A stretch of DNA of 63,105 nt from Patellaria atrata CBS 101060 (lineage: Eukaryota). The translations under genes and the position numbers were made by a program. The DNA lies in contig MU006102.1 in assembly GCA_010093705.1 (NCBI GenBank), forward strand, positions 500,123 to 563,227, in the 5' to 3' direction. Of this stretch, positions 61,961 to 63,105 are shown piece after piece (position 1 is the first letter of the stretch; each line of letters opens with the position of its first letter). Below the pieces are notes generated by a model that was not told where the DNA came from, ran no database searches, and worked only from the letters and a program-made list of their open reading frames with translations.

Positions 61961-62681
61961 TCTTCTGATTTCACCCTTTATTCCCTTTGCTTTATATTAT
62001 CTACCACCTCGACTTACGTCTGACGAATTTCCTTGCTGTTAATATCCATTCCCTCTGTTTCCTTTATGTTCTATTCCATCACTTTGTAGGGATATGAGCG
62101 GTTCTACTGCATCGTTTGTTAACGCTACAGCCTTGCTCTCGAATCGGGTGATTCTAATGATGGCTGGGACGACGGAATATCGGGTTCGTTGGCTGGCGAT
62201 TTTATTTTATTTTTATTTTTTTTAGGGGGGGCGCATTGAGCACTCTGTCATTCTTATTGTTTAATGTCGTGGTGTACGTGAGGTGAATGCTCTTCAAAAC
62301 TGCACCGTTGGCGAGGTTTGCCGTTGTATGACATCAGACTGGTAGTCATTCAAATAGAGACGAAATTAAATTGGTATTATCATACTATACGAACGTGACT
62401 TATTCATAATTTTGTGCTACAATCACAAGCACGCAAGATAGTATAAGACTATAAATTTGGGATACCCCTGAATATACCCAGTCCTGTTTTGCGGTGAACC
62501 CTCGGCGAACACGCCAAGATTTCGAGCATCCCTCAACTTTGCGAACGCAAGTTTCACGACCTTGTCTCCTAAACAACGAACAATCTTCCATAACACCTCC
62601 AAACCCAACCTCAATCCGAGGATACCGCATCCCATACAAATCTCCCACGATCCCAAAAACGCGTCCACATCACCCGCAATC

Positions 62682-63105
62682 ATGGTACCCATCTCCCCTC
62701 CCTCCCCAACCCAACCCTCAACCTCCAATGTACATCCACACTAACCCTCCCCTCTAGGCCCGCAACTCCGAAAAAGCGCAAAGCATGCTCTTCCGTTTCC
62801 GCGCCGCGCAAGCCGCCGACCTCGGCATCCTCGACATATCGCGGACGCGCCGGCCCAAACTCATCACCTCCATCAGCTCGATCCCAGTGTGCGAGAAGTG
62901 GCGGGGCCAGGTGCTCAAGGAGATCAGTCGCAAGGTGTCGCGGATCCAGGAGGAGAGTCTCAGCGACTTCCAGGTCAGGGATCTGAATGACGAGATCAAC
63001 AAACTCATGCGCGAGAAGTGGATGTGGGAGAAGCGGATTAGGGATCTGGGGGGCCCGAATTATATGAGGGGGGGACGGGTGGTGGATGAAGGGGGTAGGG
63101 AGGTC
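62682..63105 (+). CDS. ISY1: Pre-mRNA splicing factor Isy1, 3' end outside the window
   Basis: ATG at 62682, intron 62685-62757 (CTAAC branch), then [15 protein letters not shown]...[20 protein letters not shown]...[20 protein letters not shown]...LGGPNY. Confidence 0.96.

Overview
Gene-dense, intron-containing DNA from a filamentous ascomycete (Pezizomycotina-like: GT-AG introns with CTAAC/CTGAC branch sites). About 25 protein genes can be called, mostly housekeeping: ILV3, IWR1, a Nudix hydrolase, two RING-finger genes, ETF-beta, an Sbp1-like RRM protein, TAH18, GCS1 ArfGAP, a WSC sensor, SPS19, ATG33, a Zn2Cys6 protein, DUF3405, STE14, a sugar O-acetyltransferase, D-amino acid oxidase, CWC24, ApsA/Num1 and ISY1. 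There is a gene-poor stretch at about 5-10.9 kb containing decayed coding sequence. The most notable observation is two dispersed, oppositely oriented copies (22490-22585 minus; 29701-29800 plus) of a ~95-nt non-coding element. It has A-box/B-box-like motifs, an immediately following T5 run, shared upstream motifs and a multi-stem fold whose differences preserve pairing. It is not a canonical tRNA or 5S rRNA and is a candidate undescribed Pol III small RNA family. Exon boundaries were inferred by eye; no database searches were run.
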